The position numbers were made by a program, and so were the translations under genes. Positions 33,105-46,427 of a DNA stretch of 64,000 nt are shown in pieces. How positions within the stretch are numbered: the first letter of the stretch is position 1; the number at the start of each line of letters is the position of its first letter. The notes under the pieces were generated by a model, which was given only the letters and a program-made list of their open reading frames with translations, was not told where the DNA came from and made no database searches. The DNA lies in assembly GCA_011109175.1 (NCBI GenBank), contig RDEW01000035.1, forward strand, positions 579,179 through 643,178, read 5' to 3'. The DNA comes from Dicyema japonicum (taxonomy: Eukaryota; Animalia; Dicyemida).

Positions 33105-36100
33105 CTATTTGAAATACTCCTTCAGTTCATACAAACACTCTACGGGCTCGGCTCCCTACAACATCATCAGCCATACTACCGTCTCGGACTCGTTAATATA
33201 TTCCTTCATCCCTCTATTAGGCACCACGTGGGCTATGATTCGAGATCTCTCGGGGACATTTTCCCCATATCCAATGAAGGTATCAAAAAAACAGAGCACG
33301 TGCCTAATCTCCAAAAGGTCCACCTCTGCCACCAACTTGCTTCCTAAATAAACAGCAACGTCAAACTTTTATTAAACTCAAAGGTCTCATTCAAAATAGG
33401 TTTAAACAGTCTATTCGCATGTTCATAAGCAGTATGGGGCTTTTGTAGCCAAATGGACCTGTACGAGTCCACCACGTTGGCAAACTCATCACTGGAAAAG
33501 CCCGCTAAATAATCCTAAAATGACGTTTTTAGCAAACTCTAAAGTGATGCAGAGCCTCCTCGATCTGCCCTTCCACATATTTGACATTGTAGGATGACTC
33601 GATAAAAATCTTAACAGCGCGGAAGCAACGTGACAAAGAGACTTCAAAAGAAATCGAATAACCTATGTTTTCTCATCAATCAACCCAAATGTCGCTTTGT
33701 CCGCAGAAAATCTGAACACTCATCAGCCAAAATCAGATCCAACAGGCCCAGAATGCATTCAACTCGCAAGCAATTGCAAAAGAGCTTCTGATCGTGACTC
33801 AAATCCAGACTGGCAGTTTCTGGGACGAAGAATGTGTGCGAAATTCCATTGCCCGTATGTTCTTTTGTGACAGAAAGAAACACACGTGACAACCCTAAGA
33901 TTAAAAAGTCAGTCTAACCTTTCGGTGGATAAAATTTCAATATTTTACCACGTGACGGCAAATTTTCCACAGGAAAATGTTCCTGAAATCTAAAAAACAG
34001 TTGGGAAGCCATCTAGACACGTCAATACAATTCAAACATCCGTGGAAACGGGACCACAGACGAATCCATCCACAAATACGTTATTCAGGGTCTCGTCCCT
34101 GAAGTTCATCAGAGATGTCATGGTAACGCCTAGTCCTCTAGCCACCACTTACTTTTTCTAACAGCAAGCAAATCATCCGGGAGAAAACAGAATTCAGTGT
34201 GAGCCAGGGAGGAGAAAAAGCATACTTGTTCAAAAGGACTCGCAATGTTCATATCCTCGATTTTTTGGAAGTACTACAATAAGCCCACACAAACATCATA
34301 TTTTATGGCGTCGAACCTATTTTTGGTTGGTCTGAAATGTTTAATGTTGTGGGCCACGATTTGAACAACATCACTGATTTTGTGATAAAATCCATAGAAA
34401 ATAATCAAAATCAAATCAAGGCAAACTTTAATCGACCGGTTTAGCATCTTTACGTTCACAGAGATGCCAGCCAGGTAGGCCAAAGTCAAAGTGTATTCCA
34501 AATGGTCGTTAAAGGCGTTTATCAGAATTTGAGACAGGCAGTAACTGAGAGGATCATTTTTGAAATTTTCACTACTTTGAAGGAAATCAATACCTGAAGA
34601 GGCGAAACCCCAAAAAAACCTTAGGGAACTTTAAATAGTAGTCGAATTTATACCAAAAGCAATAATTTGGAGAGGCCTTAACAAATTAAAGGACTAGATA
34701 CCATCAATTTAACAGGAATGGGTGAATTCTCTTTCTAGAATTTTTGACACCAATAACCTCATTTTGGCGGGAAAAATCATCCAAATCAATTAGACTGGTA
34801 ATATCATCGATATTTTGCAGCATGTAGGGGTTCGCTTCGGGGTATTCGAAGGTTTCATCATAAACAGAGGACGTCCACATCTGAGAATATAACCAAAGAG
34901 AACCTCAATCTGTGCCTCACTAAGGGGTTTTACGCAGAATTTGGCACCTGTGTGCGGTTCAGTCCGATCTGTCTCATAAGGTAGTTTTTTAGCCATGAAC
35001 ATCAGTCTAAACTCACTAGAATCACTACAAGGCATTCTCCAAAGTAAAATGCTGGAGCACGTGGTTCACAAGGGCGGGGTTATAGATATCAGGGAGAAAG
35101 AAGATGTCCTTAATTGATAAAAACTGCAGAGAGGCCGAGGTTTCTTTTGACTGAGAGACTGGAGGCAGACTCTCGCTGTAGTGGAACTGAATGGCAAAGT
35201 AAGTCTACAATAAATAAGAAAGGGACAGTGAAATCGTCAAAGACCGACTTAGGGCAGCCCTCATCCCTCACCATTTTAATGTAAGCAAAGAACATTAGGA
35301 CAATTTCGTTGATATAGTCTATAATAAGTGGAGAAATACCAATGTTGTAGGTCTCCAATTCAAAATCACAAACAAACAAGTTGAATCCTTTAGCCAAACG
35401 ATAACAATCAAAATCGGCATCCACGATCAGTCCTAAAATATAAATATTAGTAAAAATTAATATTCAAAAAATAATAATTTAATAAAATATAATTTACAAA
35501 TAAAATAATAGATAATAATTTTTTATTTAATTTAAATCAAAAACACAAAAATAAATTAGAAATTATTCCCGCCGACATAATCGACGTTGCGTTGCCTCTC
35601 AAATAATAAATAAACCTCGTTCTTGGAGTAAATGTATTAGTCCTTGTGGTTGCTTATTTTTCAACAAGTATTCGACGAACCTCAGCGACTTTAAATAAGT
35701 GACATAATAAACAATAGATTTATCATAGTCATTCATGTCAGGGACAAAAAACTTAATAATGAGCTTGTTGACTTCCCCCAAACTCTCAATGAAAATCATG
35801 CACTACAAAATAAATTCACCAGTACATTTTTTGTTTTCAGCATCGGTATCTCCCAAGTTTTTATTTGCATTTCTTTATTCTCGATTTTCGAGAAAATTGC
35901 CGAAATTTCCCGTTCCATCAAGCAGACATCATCTTTTATAATTAAACAAGGCTACGGCTAGAGATCACAGTCATGGTCATCAAGTTACTGCTAAAAAGAC
36001 TAAAATATCTCTTCAGGGCCTCCCGAATGTCCGTCCCACAATCGCGTGGATTTTCAAGCAGCGATTTTAGGTTACCTAAATATCATTAAGTCCTACCAAA

Positions 36101-36733
36101 TGAGAATAAGCTCATTGGATGACCTTCCTTCAAAAACATGCGGGCAACCTCCATACATCGGAAGAGGTCGTTCTCGCTGTTGCCCACAAACTCGGACTCT
36201 ACGGCCTCAATCTCCCTCAAAATGCTGTCAGGGCAAAATATAGGCGATATGAAAAACTCAGCAAATCTTAACTCAGTCATTAAAAAACATCTCCATCGCT
36301 TGGAACAACTTCCCTGTCTTGACAGTGAAGTAGAATGATGTCCAGTCACAGGTTGTGGAAGCGTTGGTGAATCCCCCGTTGTTCTGAATGAACTAGAAGG
36401 TTATTTATGTTGCGGGAAAACTTTTCCGTATTCGTTTTCCTCCGGAAACTAGGATGTTAAAATTGTCAGACCTTCTGGGAACCCATAAAAAGCATATGCT
36501 CGCAAAAGTGGGCAAGTCCTGGTATGTCACGTGGTTCGTAGAATGATCCTATGATTAATGATAAGGTTACCAATTCCCACGGTAAGGTTAGTGGCCGCGA
36601 TTTTAACGTTGGGATCGTTAATGAGTAGGATTTTCATGCCATTATGTAGTTCAATGCCGCGATAAGTGCGTTTGCTGGAGTAAGGCACCAGAAATTCGTC
36701 GTGGAATACCCTTTGCTTGATTTCCGCACACAT
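33105..36733 (-). CDS. IDE: M16A (insulinase / insulin-degrading enzyme-like) zinc metallopeptidase
   Basis: [42 protein letters not shown] (inverted HxxEH), [10 protein letters not shown] and [10 protein letters not shown]; ends ELKEYFK*. At least 13 introns of 21-29 nt plus a 183-nt AT-rich intron (35433-35615). Divergent, so IDE orthology versus a paralog is not certain. Confidence 0.88.
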
Positions 36734-36829
36734 TGCACGTTTGTCGCTGTCAGTGAGTCTTAAATAATTTATTACGTAATTTTTGTTGCGTGTTTTATTA
36801 TGTAATTATTATATAACCTGAAAAAGGAA

Positions 36830-37460
36830 ACACCAAGGAGTTAAACCATCCAATTAAGTGATCCCTGGTAGACCGCAAAAGGATCGAGAGGTTTTTGTGA
36901 ATTCACGACGTTCTTCCTTCATTAAGGGAGGTGAGGATTTTTTTTAATTACGTGTTGATAGAAATGATCGGATTTGGAGCCACAGAGAGTGATAAAAACG
37001 GACTCATTGTTCCGAATTGTCACGTGGTCAGGTAGTGGTTGGAATAGTCGGGAAGAGAAATTAGATAAGCTAACTTTTTTGCTCTTAGAGAATTTATCGT
37101 GTAGTAGTTCGAAATTGAAATTACATATGCCCAGGAGGCATACTCAAAATGATCTTTATAATCTTCGTTCTCTTTAACGTTTTCCACGTGTTTGGTGAAA
37201 GAGAGTCTTTGGTCAAACATGACTTACAAATGTTTGGCTTTGTATTGAATGGAATAATAGTGTTATTGTGGAGAAGTCTTTTTTGCTGATTGATGGTCGG
37301 TTTCCGGTCCCAGAGATCACCAAGTCGAAACCTCTGATATACGATGACGAGTATTACTCTCAAGATCGAGTCTGATCTCTGAGAAGAGACTAAATGTATT
37401 TACGAAGAGATAATAGACTGGTGGGGTCTTTAAAGTTGTCAGAAGAAAAATCTAACACAA
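36830..37460 (-). mobile_element. I/Jockey-group LINE 3' remnant
   Basis: FDQRLSFTKHVENVK thumb motif (ORF 37020..37220) and GGGATCACTTAA stop/tail motif near 36855. Confidence 0.65.
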
Positions 37461-38915
37461 AGTTTTTGGGTCGCAATGAAAAAGGACATCAGCAAAGCTC
37501 CGTGGAATAAATACTGTGAAATCCCTGAAGTTTATGAGAACAGCTTTCAAAAAGGCTTTGAGTATGTCGCTCCTCTATGAACTTGGGGTAGTGGTAATCA
37601 CTCCATCAAGGAGAGTGTTATCGTGCCTTTTGAAAAGCCGAGGAGAGCAGGGATCAATATTTCTCTACACACAAGAGACTTAGATGAGGATGAAGATCTA
37701 CTATTAGTGTCGATCAGATAAGTAACATAGAAAAGGATGGTAAACCTTCTGAAAATAGATTCAATCGTTGACTCATCGCAACGCGAAATGAACCATAAGA
37801 GGGATTCGAGGTCACAGCAGGAGAGTCCAAGGTATGGCAGATGTTGAACTCAGTTTGCAAGAAGACTAAAAAATACTCACTTAAGTAATGAAGTTCGTTA
37901 TGCCTGAATAAGAGTCACTCCTTATTTTATAGTCTCACTAATATTCTGAAAAAGTCCTCGTTTTAGCTTCTTTATTTCTACTATTTTTAAATTGAATGGG
38001 TATTTTGATCTTCGACTTCCGTTGTGGTTACCACACAGATTTACGACCGTGTTTGAACAGAGTCGGACAATAGCCTTTACCACTTTTCCTTTTCTCCCTT
38101 CTAGATGGCCAGAAGACAGACCACCCCTTCTCTTGGCCGGGTACACCTACGAGTTTTGCGTCACTGGTAGAGTCTACTCTTGGTTGTCACTTACATGTTT
38201 GCCGCAGGTTTCCTTAACTTGAAAAGACGGGGAGTAAATAAATAAATTGATCTTCGAATAAGGGAAGGTGGTAATATAATTTGAGAATTCTGGGAACGTG
38301 TACCATGAGCTAACCGTCATGTTGACACAAACTTGGCTAACATGCAGTAAGCTGGAGACTATCAGGAAACTCTCCCCAAAAGGTTGCTTTCAAATATTTA
38401 TTAATCCAACGAAGGAACTCAAGAGAGAACGTCTGCTTGTGTCGACCAAATTCATCCTCCAATTGTCCATTACAGACATCCGAAAAAATAGTCCGCCTTT
38501 TTCCATTTTGTCTTACCGTCACGGACATCGTTTCATTTTTAGGGAAGAGTTTGGTTATTCTCACCAGTGGAGTTGGTCGAGGATTAATTACACCTTGATT
38601 TCTTCCACCAAATGTCAGACCTCTTTACTTTAGCATTTTATAATTAGTTTAAAATCTTAAATTTCTTACACACACGCTCAGTTTAAGTCCATTTTTACCT
38701 TTTCGTGAAAATTCATATTACTCTTATGTATTAGGAAAACAGAATGTCTTTAATGTGATTAAATTTATAGAAATTTTCCTACCCTTTCAAAGAAACCCTT
38801 CAATCGAAAAAGTTCTCACCATTTACTTTGCAATAGCTTAAACAGTTTGGCATGGATGTGGACAGTTAATTACTTTTTATTTATTAAATAAATAATAAAA
38901 AATAATAATATTTAA

Positions 38916-40363
38916 ATGGACGGCTTTGTGCATGAATATACGGTTCGCGTTCCAAAGTAAATTTACACTTATTATTCAGAATAAATACCAAGCGTTTCCA
39001 CGTGCTTAGTTTTGGGACTTCTGGGAAGGTAGATGTCTCCAAGAGCTCAAAGGTCAGTTCATTGACCCACACCAGATATCAATGCAGAGAGAGAATAACC
39101 TGAGGGATTACAAGCTTGCCAACGACATCGATGTCACTCCCAAATTCGGGGCAGGGAGTGAGTATGGAAAGGATCTCCGGGACGAACTAAAACGGAAAAA
39201 GTATGGAATCAATCTGGAGAACTACTCGGTGGACGACCAACCGTGGATATACAAGCAAGGGATAGGGAAGGACACCAAAAAGTAAGATCCCTTCTAATGG
39301 AAGGTACAAGGGAGTCAAAGAGGGTCAGATCAACATGAACGCGGAATACTACGTCTTTATGCAGAACAGAGATGGGGTATTCGACGCCTTCCCGATTGAT
39401 TCTACAAGATGTACCCCACAGGGAGTACAAGCATCTTTCCATAGAAGAGGCCGAAACTGAGTTCAAAAAGTACTGCTATTTATTTAACTCAGGGCCGACA
39501 AGTACGTGGATCACTACCAGTACATGATATCTCGGAGAATGAAGAAGGAGGATGATGAAGAGGCTGTGAAGACGGTATGAAGTGTGCTTATTGCTACAGG
39601 AGGTTAAGCCCACGGTCCCCAAGCAGAAGGAGGACCCTGAAGGTCGAGTTTTTTTTTGTGATTTCAGAGGTTCTGAGGCGGAAGAGGAGGAATGTGAAGT
39701 TCAATGAAGACAATGAAGCTCTGGATGAGTCTGATAGTGACAGCAATGCGGAACTGAAGGGGGAGGATCAAAGCAGTGAGTCTGAATTGGAGGAAGGGAG
39801 GAGAGCCATGGGGAAATACGCAGAGCAGGGAGTCATGGAGGAGATCGGGGATTCGGGGACCGACTCTGAGAAAGAACTGACAGAGAATCATGATAAGAAA
39901 GGAGATAAGAAAAAAGAAGAGGACGTGAAGAAAGGACAGATCTCTGGTAACACGTGTCAAAAATTTAGATTCTGGTTCGAGTTTTTACAGTGAAGAAAAT
40001 TCTGGAGAGAGCGACTCTTCAGTTCCCCAAGATAACGACTTTGAAGAGTTTCAGCAGGGAAAGAGGAAGCCTGTGATGGAGGACGAGCCTGCGGCGAAGA
40101 GGACTGAGGCACCGGGAAGGTCTCAAAGTATGAGCACGTGTCATTTCAGTGAGAGACTGTCTGCGAGTGCAGTTGAGCGATGTTTGAGGAACCGACCATA
40201 TAGATTTAAGCACCTGTTGGGTACTTTATGAGGACAAACACCTGAATACTCCGAGAAGGATATGACTAGTGAACTGTTTTCTATATTGGGGGGATTGGAC
40301 GTGCGTACTATTAAAATAGGGAAATATCAGCATATGTATATTGATGATAAGAAAAAGATTTGA
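38916..40363 (+). CDS. GTF2F1: General transcription factor IIF subunit 1 (RAP74)
   Basis: EYTVRVPK, GAGSEYGKDLRDELKRKKYG...DQPW, YKGVKEG...YYVF...DGVFDAFP, acidic central region and short basic C-terminal domain; 22-25 nt introns; a few 1-nt indels. Confidence 0.92.
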
Positions 40364-40769
40364 TTTTTTGTTTTATTGTTTGCTTTATTATTAGTCGCGT
40401 GTTATATTTTTATAGGTAAATGTTTTTGTTCTATTACTGTAGTGTAGATTTGCTCATGTTATATTGAGTGGTGAATTATGGTTATTGAGGTTTAGGTGGC
40501 TGTTGACGAAATGTCTAATTTGTCTCTGGATGTATGAAAGCCCTTGTTTTACTTCTTCATGGATATGTAATGCACTCAGAAGACATCAAATACCTGAAGC
40601 TTTGAACTACTTTCACGGTTGTCGTAAAAAGTCCAAACATCCCTCTCAGAACAATTACTAGATTTCTCAGATTTCTACTGATCATCTACACTGAGAATCA
40701 AAGATCTTCCAATAGGATACCATTGGAGATGAAAGCTCTGTAGTTCCTTTCCCAAGCAACAGTCTAGAC

Positions 40770-41696
40770 CAGTGGTTCCCAACGTAGTCCAGGTGGATCA
40801 CTGGTCCACAGAGAGATTTCACAAAAATTTAACTAACCAACTTTTTTTTAAAGCTCTTTATTTAAAAAATCAAGGATAAAACAAAATTGACAACATTCAA
40901 TTAACTAGTGACTACCTTGATCTTGGTGTTTATGAAACAAGATATAAAGTCAATTTTGATGCAAGCATTCAATCTTATTGTTCCCTGCTGTTGATGTCCA
41001 ATGTGTTCCGTTTTTTACTAAAAACATACAAAACAGCTAAAAATCCAGATTCAACCATCCATGTGGTAGGGAAAGAAATTATGCTTGTTTCTACATCAGT
41101 GTTTCCCAACCTGGGTTCCCTGAACTTCAAAATGTTTTTTATTCTTTTTTCAAAAAAATGATTTTTCAAAACGAATTAATTTAATTTGCGCGTGTCTAAA
41201 TGGAGTCTTGTGACAGTGCATATTTTAAAGTTCGATCATATCGATAAAGTTATATTGCCCCTAGTTTCACCGCATAGGCAGGACACCACACTTTATTTAA
41301 GTAAGAACAGTTAATTTTAACTAATCGTAGAACCAAGGAATGATCTTCACTTCTTTTTTTCTTTTCTTGTGTGAGTGTCCTTCTAGACAATCCAGTTCCG
41401 CAGTGAGTACTCACTGATGACGGCGTCACTCGTCAAACCATTTCTGCATCGTAGATGCGTGGAACCTTCCACCAGTGAACAGCAGCAAGATTCGAACCCG
41501 TAGCCTAAGCAACTTAAGCCGACACCTAACCACAATACAAAATATTACAGAGCTATGCAAGAGACATCAGCCTCAACCATCTCACTAACTAGCATTTTAT
41601 TTTGATATATTAGTAAAATACTGATAATTGTTTAAAAAAAACTATATAAGCGTTCAGTATAGGGTTCCATGCTTTCATAAAGGTTGTGAACCACTG
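40770..41696 (-). mobile_element. Composite of hAT (Charlie-type) ends including a C-terminal dimerisation-domain remnant
   Basis: GTCTAGAC target then TIR CAGTGGTTCCCAAC (40770); FPTTWMVESGF..V..FSKKRN.LDI remnant; second TIR at 41097; inverted TIR ending 41696. Confidence 0.75.
41265..41530 (-). mobile_element. tRNA-derived SINE copy nested in the hAT composite
   Basis: Reverse complement matches 18295-18550; B-box GGGTTCGAATC on the minus strand near 41490-41500. Confidence 0.85.
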
Positions 41697-41999
41697 ATAT
41701 AGAGACTTGAAAATATGAGCTGATCGGGCAAACATAAGAAAAAATTCTTGCACAGAATCGGATTTAGTTGAAACCTAAAACAAAGAATCCATCTTCCAAG
41801 AATAAGCTTGGAAGAGGATTTGCATCTATTACACAAAAAGTAAACGAATGCGTTTTAGAATTCTTCCGAGACCTTGAAAAGAAGTCGAATTATTGTTTGA
41901 GGAAAATAAGATTATACGGGTCATAAAATCAAAGAAAACATATTGGCCACAATTGTAGAATCCTGAATCTAAACTATAAAGAACCCGCTGTTATGCATC

Positions 42000-44764
42000 C
42001 GACTTACTAAAAAAGCTCCAGGAGAAATCTTTTAATTGTAAAAATACGGAAGAAGCAATTGCATATGTGTCCTACAAGTCAAACTAAATGAACTATGCCC
42101 GTCCAAGAGTCTACTAACCGTCATAAATGTCTATGCACCACACTGTGGACGAGTAATCAAGAACCACGGTGAACTCGAGGAATTCTACTCAGAACTATCA
42201 AGCACATACTCTAACAATGCTTCCTCGTCTCTTATCTTTGTTGCGGGAGATATGAATGCAAAGGCCGGAATGCGAATGGGGCCCGAAGAATCCTCTATTG
42301 GAAGACACGGGCGCGGAAGGAGAAATGCATCTGGAGCCTCTCTGGTAAACTTCTGCGAGGCGAATAGCCTTTTCCTGTGCAACACGGCCTTTACGCACTC
42401 AGCTTGCCACAAGACGACGTGGCACGGACAAAGAAAAAACTCTGTCGGAGAGACCGTGAATATATATAATCAAATCGACTACATTATCTGCCGAAAGTCT
42501 GATAAACACCTGATAAATGATGCACGTTCCTACCAGGGAACAACAACCGACAGCGACCACAGGATCGTCATTGCAAAACTTTGTGTAAAAAAGCACCTGA
42601 CTGGGAAAAAATACATTGAAAACGCGAAGAAGGCGAGACAAAGACCCAATATATACTTTCAGACAGAAAAATTGTGGTTAGAGCCAACTTGTAGAGCTAA
42701 ATATCACGAACAAATCGAGACTCTTATGGTGAAAACCGCACCGGAATCATCAGTACGAACTCTGTGGGATCAAACAAAACAGGCAATCTCCAAGTCGGCC
42801 AAAATATGCCTTGGAGTCCGAAATCATCACGCCCTAAAATTGGATCACCACCCGAACGTGCCAAATATGGCAAAGCATTGCAGAGAGCTACGACTAAAAG
42901 CGGCAAACACGTCAGACGAGAGTAAAAAAAAGAGCTTAATATCCAACAAAGGGAACTAAAGTGGAAAATCAAAAAGATGAACAGAAAACACTCACGGGAA
43001 ATTATTACATCTCTATTAAAAGATGTGGAATGCCTAAAAGACAATTCAAGGATGTATGCGGCTGCTGCGGACAAAGAAAGGACAAAACATCCTTCACATC
43101 AAAGACAAAGATGGAAAATTCGTGGGTAACCCGAAAGAAAAAGCAGAATTGATTGCACGACACTTCGAAACACTGTTGAATAAAGAAAATAATGACTTTC
43201 CCCCTTTCCAAGGAGAAGCAAAGGCGCTAAAAATCCCAATCACAGTGGAAGAGGTGGAATTAGCGATAAATAAACTGAAGAACAACAAGAGTGCTGGGCC
43301 GGACAACATAAGCCCTGAGCTCCTAAAATATGGGCCAAAAAAACTTAGCGACACAATTGCAAAAACCCTAAATGACGTCTTTGAAACTAATACCGATCTA
43401 GGACTTGGAAATGGATTATTAATACCCATACAAAAACCGAACAAATCAAAAGGACCAGTAGAAAATCTCCGCCCGATAATACTTCTGAATTCGATACGCA
43501 AGGTGCTGGCAAACATTGCACTAAGCCGGATAAAGGGTGTGGCGATCTATACCTACCAGCAAGTCAAAGTGGGTTCCGAGAAGAGGTCTACGGCAGACAT
43601 TGTATGGAGCCACAGATGGCGCTGCGCAACGCACCAAAGATTCAAGAGCGCAACAACCGTGTTGGGAATAGATCTCTCCAGAGCTTTCGACTCAATAAAC
43701 AGACAGAAACTGATGAATGTGCTTGAGCAAATATTGGATGAATCGTCGGTTAGGATAATCAGACTACTACTTGCGAACACAAGACTATCTGTGAGGACAG
43801 AAGGAGCAACTTCCCGCAGTTTCAAAACAACGATTGGGACACCCCAGGGTGATTCCCTCTCCCCTTTACTATTCACCATATACCTTGAATCTGCACTCCG
43901 CGACCTCCGTAAATGCTATATAGGAGACATAGAAGAGACATCTTATGCGGATGATGTGGATTTTGTATCACGGGATGTGACCGCACTCCAACACCTGCTA
44001 GAAAATGCACCTGCGGAGCTTGAGAAATGGTTTCTCAGCGTAAATGTTAACAAAACTGAAATTACGGAAATCAAAAGAGAAGACGATATTACTCATGAAA
44101 GATGGAGACGTACTAATAAGCTCGGCTCTCTACTAGGAGACGCTGAAGATGTACTAAGGAGGAAAACACTGGCAAATGCGGCAATGGCTAAACTGAAGAA
44201 AGGATGGCTAAGGGCCAAAGGACTTGGAATTGACATCAGATGCAGGCTTTACAACGCGTTTGTGAAACCGATCCTACTGTATAACGCTGGGACATGGGGA
44301 AGTTCCTTCAACGAACTATTGAAACTGGATTCGTTCCATAGAAGGCAACTAAGAAGCTTACTCGGAATGGAGTGGCCACGTAGAATATCAACCACTGGTA
44401 TCTACAACAAGTGTATGTGTTCTTACATCAGCAAGGATGTGATAGATGCCCGGTGGAGGCTATTTGGGCATGTACTAAGAATGAACCCGGACGCACCCGC
44501 TAACAAAGCGATGGAAGATTACTTTGACAGATGCGAAAAACCCTTCCGCGGACGACCTAGATCGACACTTCCGACAGCCCTAAACAAAGACTTAAATCGT
44601 GTGAGAAAAAATTTAAAGACGGGAGACGACCTGGACGAATTGAGATCACTCGCATTCGACAGAGGAAAATGGAAAAGACTAACTATAAATATTGTTTCTT
44701 TGAGTGTTGCACATGCGGGGCTATAATCATTATGGCTTTCGTGAAAGTGCTTTAATAATAATAA
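42000..44764 (+). mobile_element. Near-intact RTE-like LINE (APE endonuclease + reverse transcriptase)
   Basis: VINVYAP, AGDMNAKAG, NQIDYI, TDSDH; KSAGPDNI, ENLRPIILL, IDLSRAFDSI, GTPQGDSLSPLLF, SYADD, WRLFGHVLRM; (TAA)n tail at ~44753-44764; only two frameshifts seen (~42930, ~43060). Confidence 0.93.
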
Positions 44765-46427
44765 GGCCTTGTTTCGTCAATAGGAGTTGGAATAAACCCA
44801 AATGCTAAGAATCTGCTTTGGTAATTACGGTGTCTACTCATCACGAAGAAATTTATTTCACGCTTCTTAATTAAAGTAAAATAATTTCAAAGACCAAGAG
44901 TAACCAAACTAACTAAGTCCTTGATCCTGACTCGTTCCAGAACTTGTCTCCAGGTAACGACATTGTCACCAAGGAAAGAATAGTGAATCTTCTTGATGTC
45001 GGCCAGGCATTGGACGTCTCCTCAGTAAGGTGGATCCAATGACGCTATCAAAGGGAGGGAAAATAATTTTTGACATACTAGCCACATAGCACCACATGGA
45101 GCTACGCGGCCACTCTTAATAATTTATGCTTGCCTTCTACAAAGTGTTAGTTATTGAATTTTTATTTAATTAAATAGCAATTTAATATATTTTTGTCACT
45201 GTCCGTACGTGGAACTCCACAAGAACCAATAAAAATTAGTTCTCTGGATAATTCAGATTTTCTCAGTTGAATGGTATAATTTTTACATTCCTCCAAGAAC
45301 TAAGCCGTCATTGGGTCAGCGGCTCTTGATGACTTTGATTTTATAAAAAAATATTTTTAAACAAAGTATTATTCAATATTACAACATACTTATAATCATA
45401 TTTTGTAATTTTTTGTCAAGACCAAGTACTCAATGCTGTCGCTCCAGTCGACACTAGCTTTGGGTTCCATTCCCAAATTACTACCTACCTGTTCGAAATG
45501 TTCCATTCTGCTCTATGGCTTTTTTAATCCTGAGAGACGTCAGTTGTTCTGCCTGCCTTAGAAGACTCTCATCCAAAAAGAATATCTTGCATCATTACTC
45601 CGCTCGAAGGTTACAACAATGGTCGATATGGCTGGACGTGATGCTTGGGCAGGATGCGTTCAATCTGACCGTGAGACTGAATATAACCTATCAGATAAGA
45701 TAAATTGAATCATTGACTATCATCGTACATATGGTCCTTAAGTTTTTTTCAGTTTTTTGGAATAGATTCAAACATGGATCCTACGTGTATCCAATACAAT
45801 CTTTATTCAGAATTACAAGTTTCCGATGTCACCTGAGTCCGTCGCCTCGTCAATGTCTAACCCACAGCGTAGTGCTAGAAACATGACATCCATACCTCTG
45901 AATACAGTAAAGTAGTTTTCTATGGAGACATTCGACGTGTTTGGGTCCATTCTCAAAATGTGGCCAAAAATTCCAATGTGCCTCTGTGACTAACATGCTA
46001 ATGAAACTCGTGAAGCATCTCTCGTACTACGTTTCATTCTTTATTCGCTTTTATTATTTCAGTCCTAGGAGAGACCAAGGCTGTTTTCTATTGAATGAAT
46101 TAAGCCCCTTCTTATCGAGCTTTAAGTTTCCCCATTTGCCCTAATTAGAATCGACTTCACAAAGGCGTCATGCGGTCTGAAACGAAGGGAGAGGTAAACA
46201 GGACTTCTCCTTATCCATTCGTTGGCTAATTTTCGTGCTTCTATGAACTTCAAAAATTTACTTGAATGAAGACGAAGACTAGGTTTTTCGACGCTTAAGA
46301 CAAACTGGTGGACAATATAACCGAGAATTCTAGCGATGGTAGTATTTGTAGTATTTTTAAGTAAACAGCTTTTTAAAAACCGCCAAAATAGAATCAAATT
46401 CATAAAACAACAAAAATTAGTAAAATA

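Noticed and set aside
35566-35615. Possible 20-nt intron plus 30-nt micro-exon with a non-canonical GA donor in the M16 peptidase
   Set aside because: One canonical 183-nt intron (35433-35615) gives a gap-free alignment to recalled IDE sequence (LQERGLIV...AKGF).
43094-43879. Long antisense ORFs (also 14645..14896, 36138..36338, 50198..50551 and others)
   Set aside because: Shadows of real coding or TE sequence on the opposite strand with no recognisable motifs.
46122-46403. ORF starting 25 nt downstream of the SLC17 stop as an operon-like partner gene
   Set aside because: No homology cue; it overlaps a repeat core (46164-46179) and is followed by an RTE remnant (~45900-45970).
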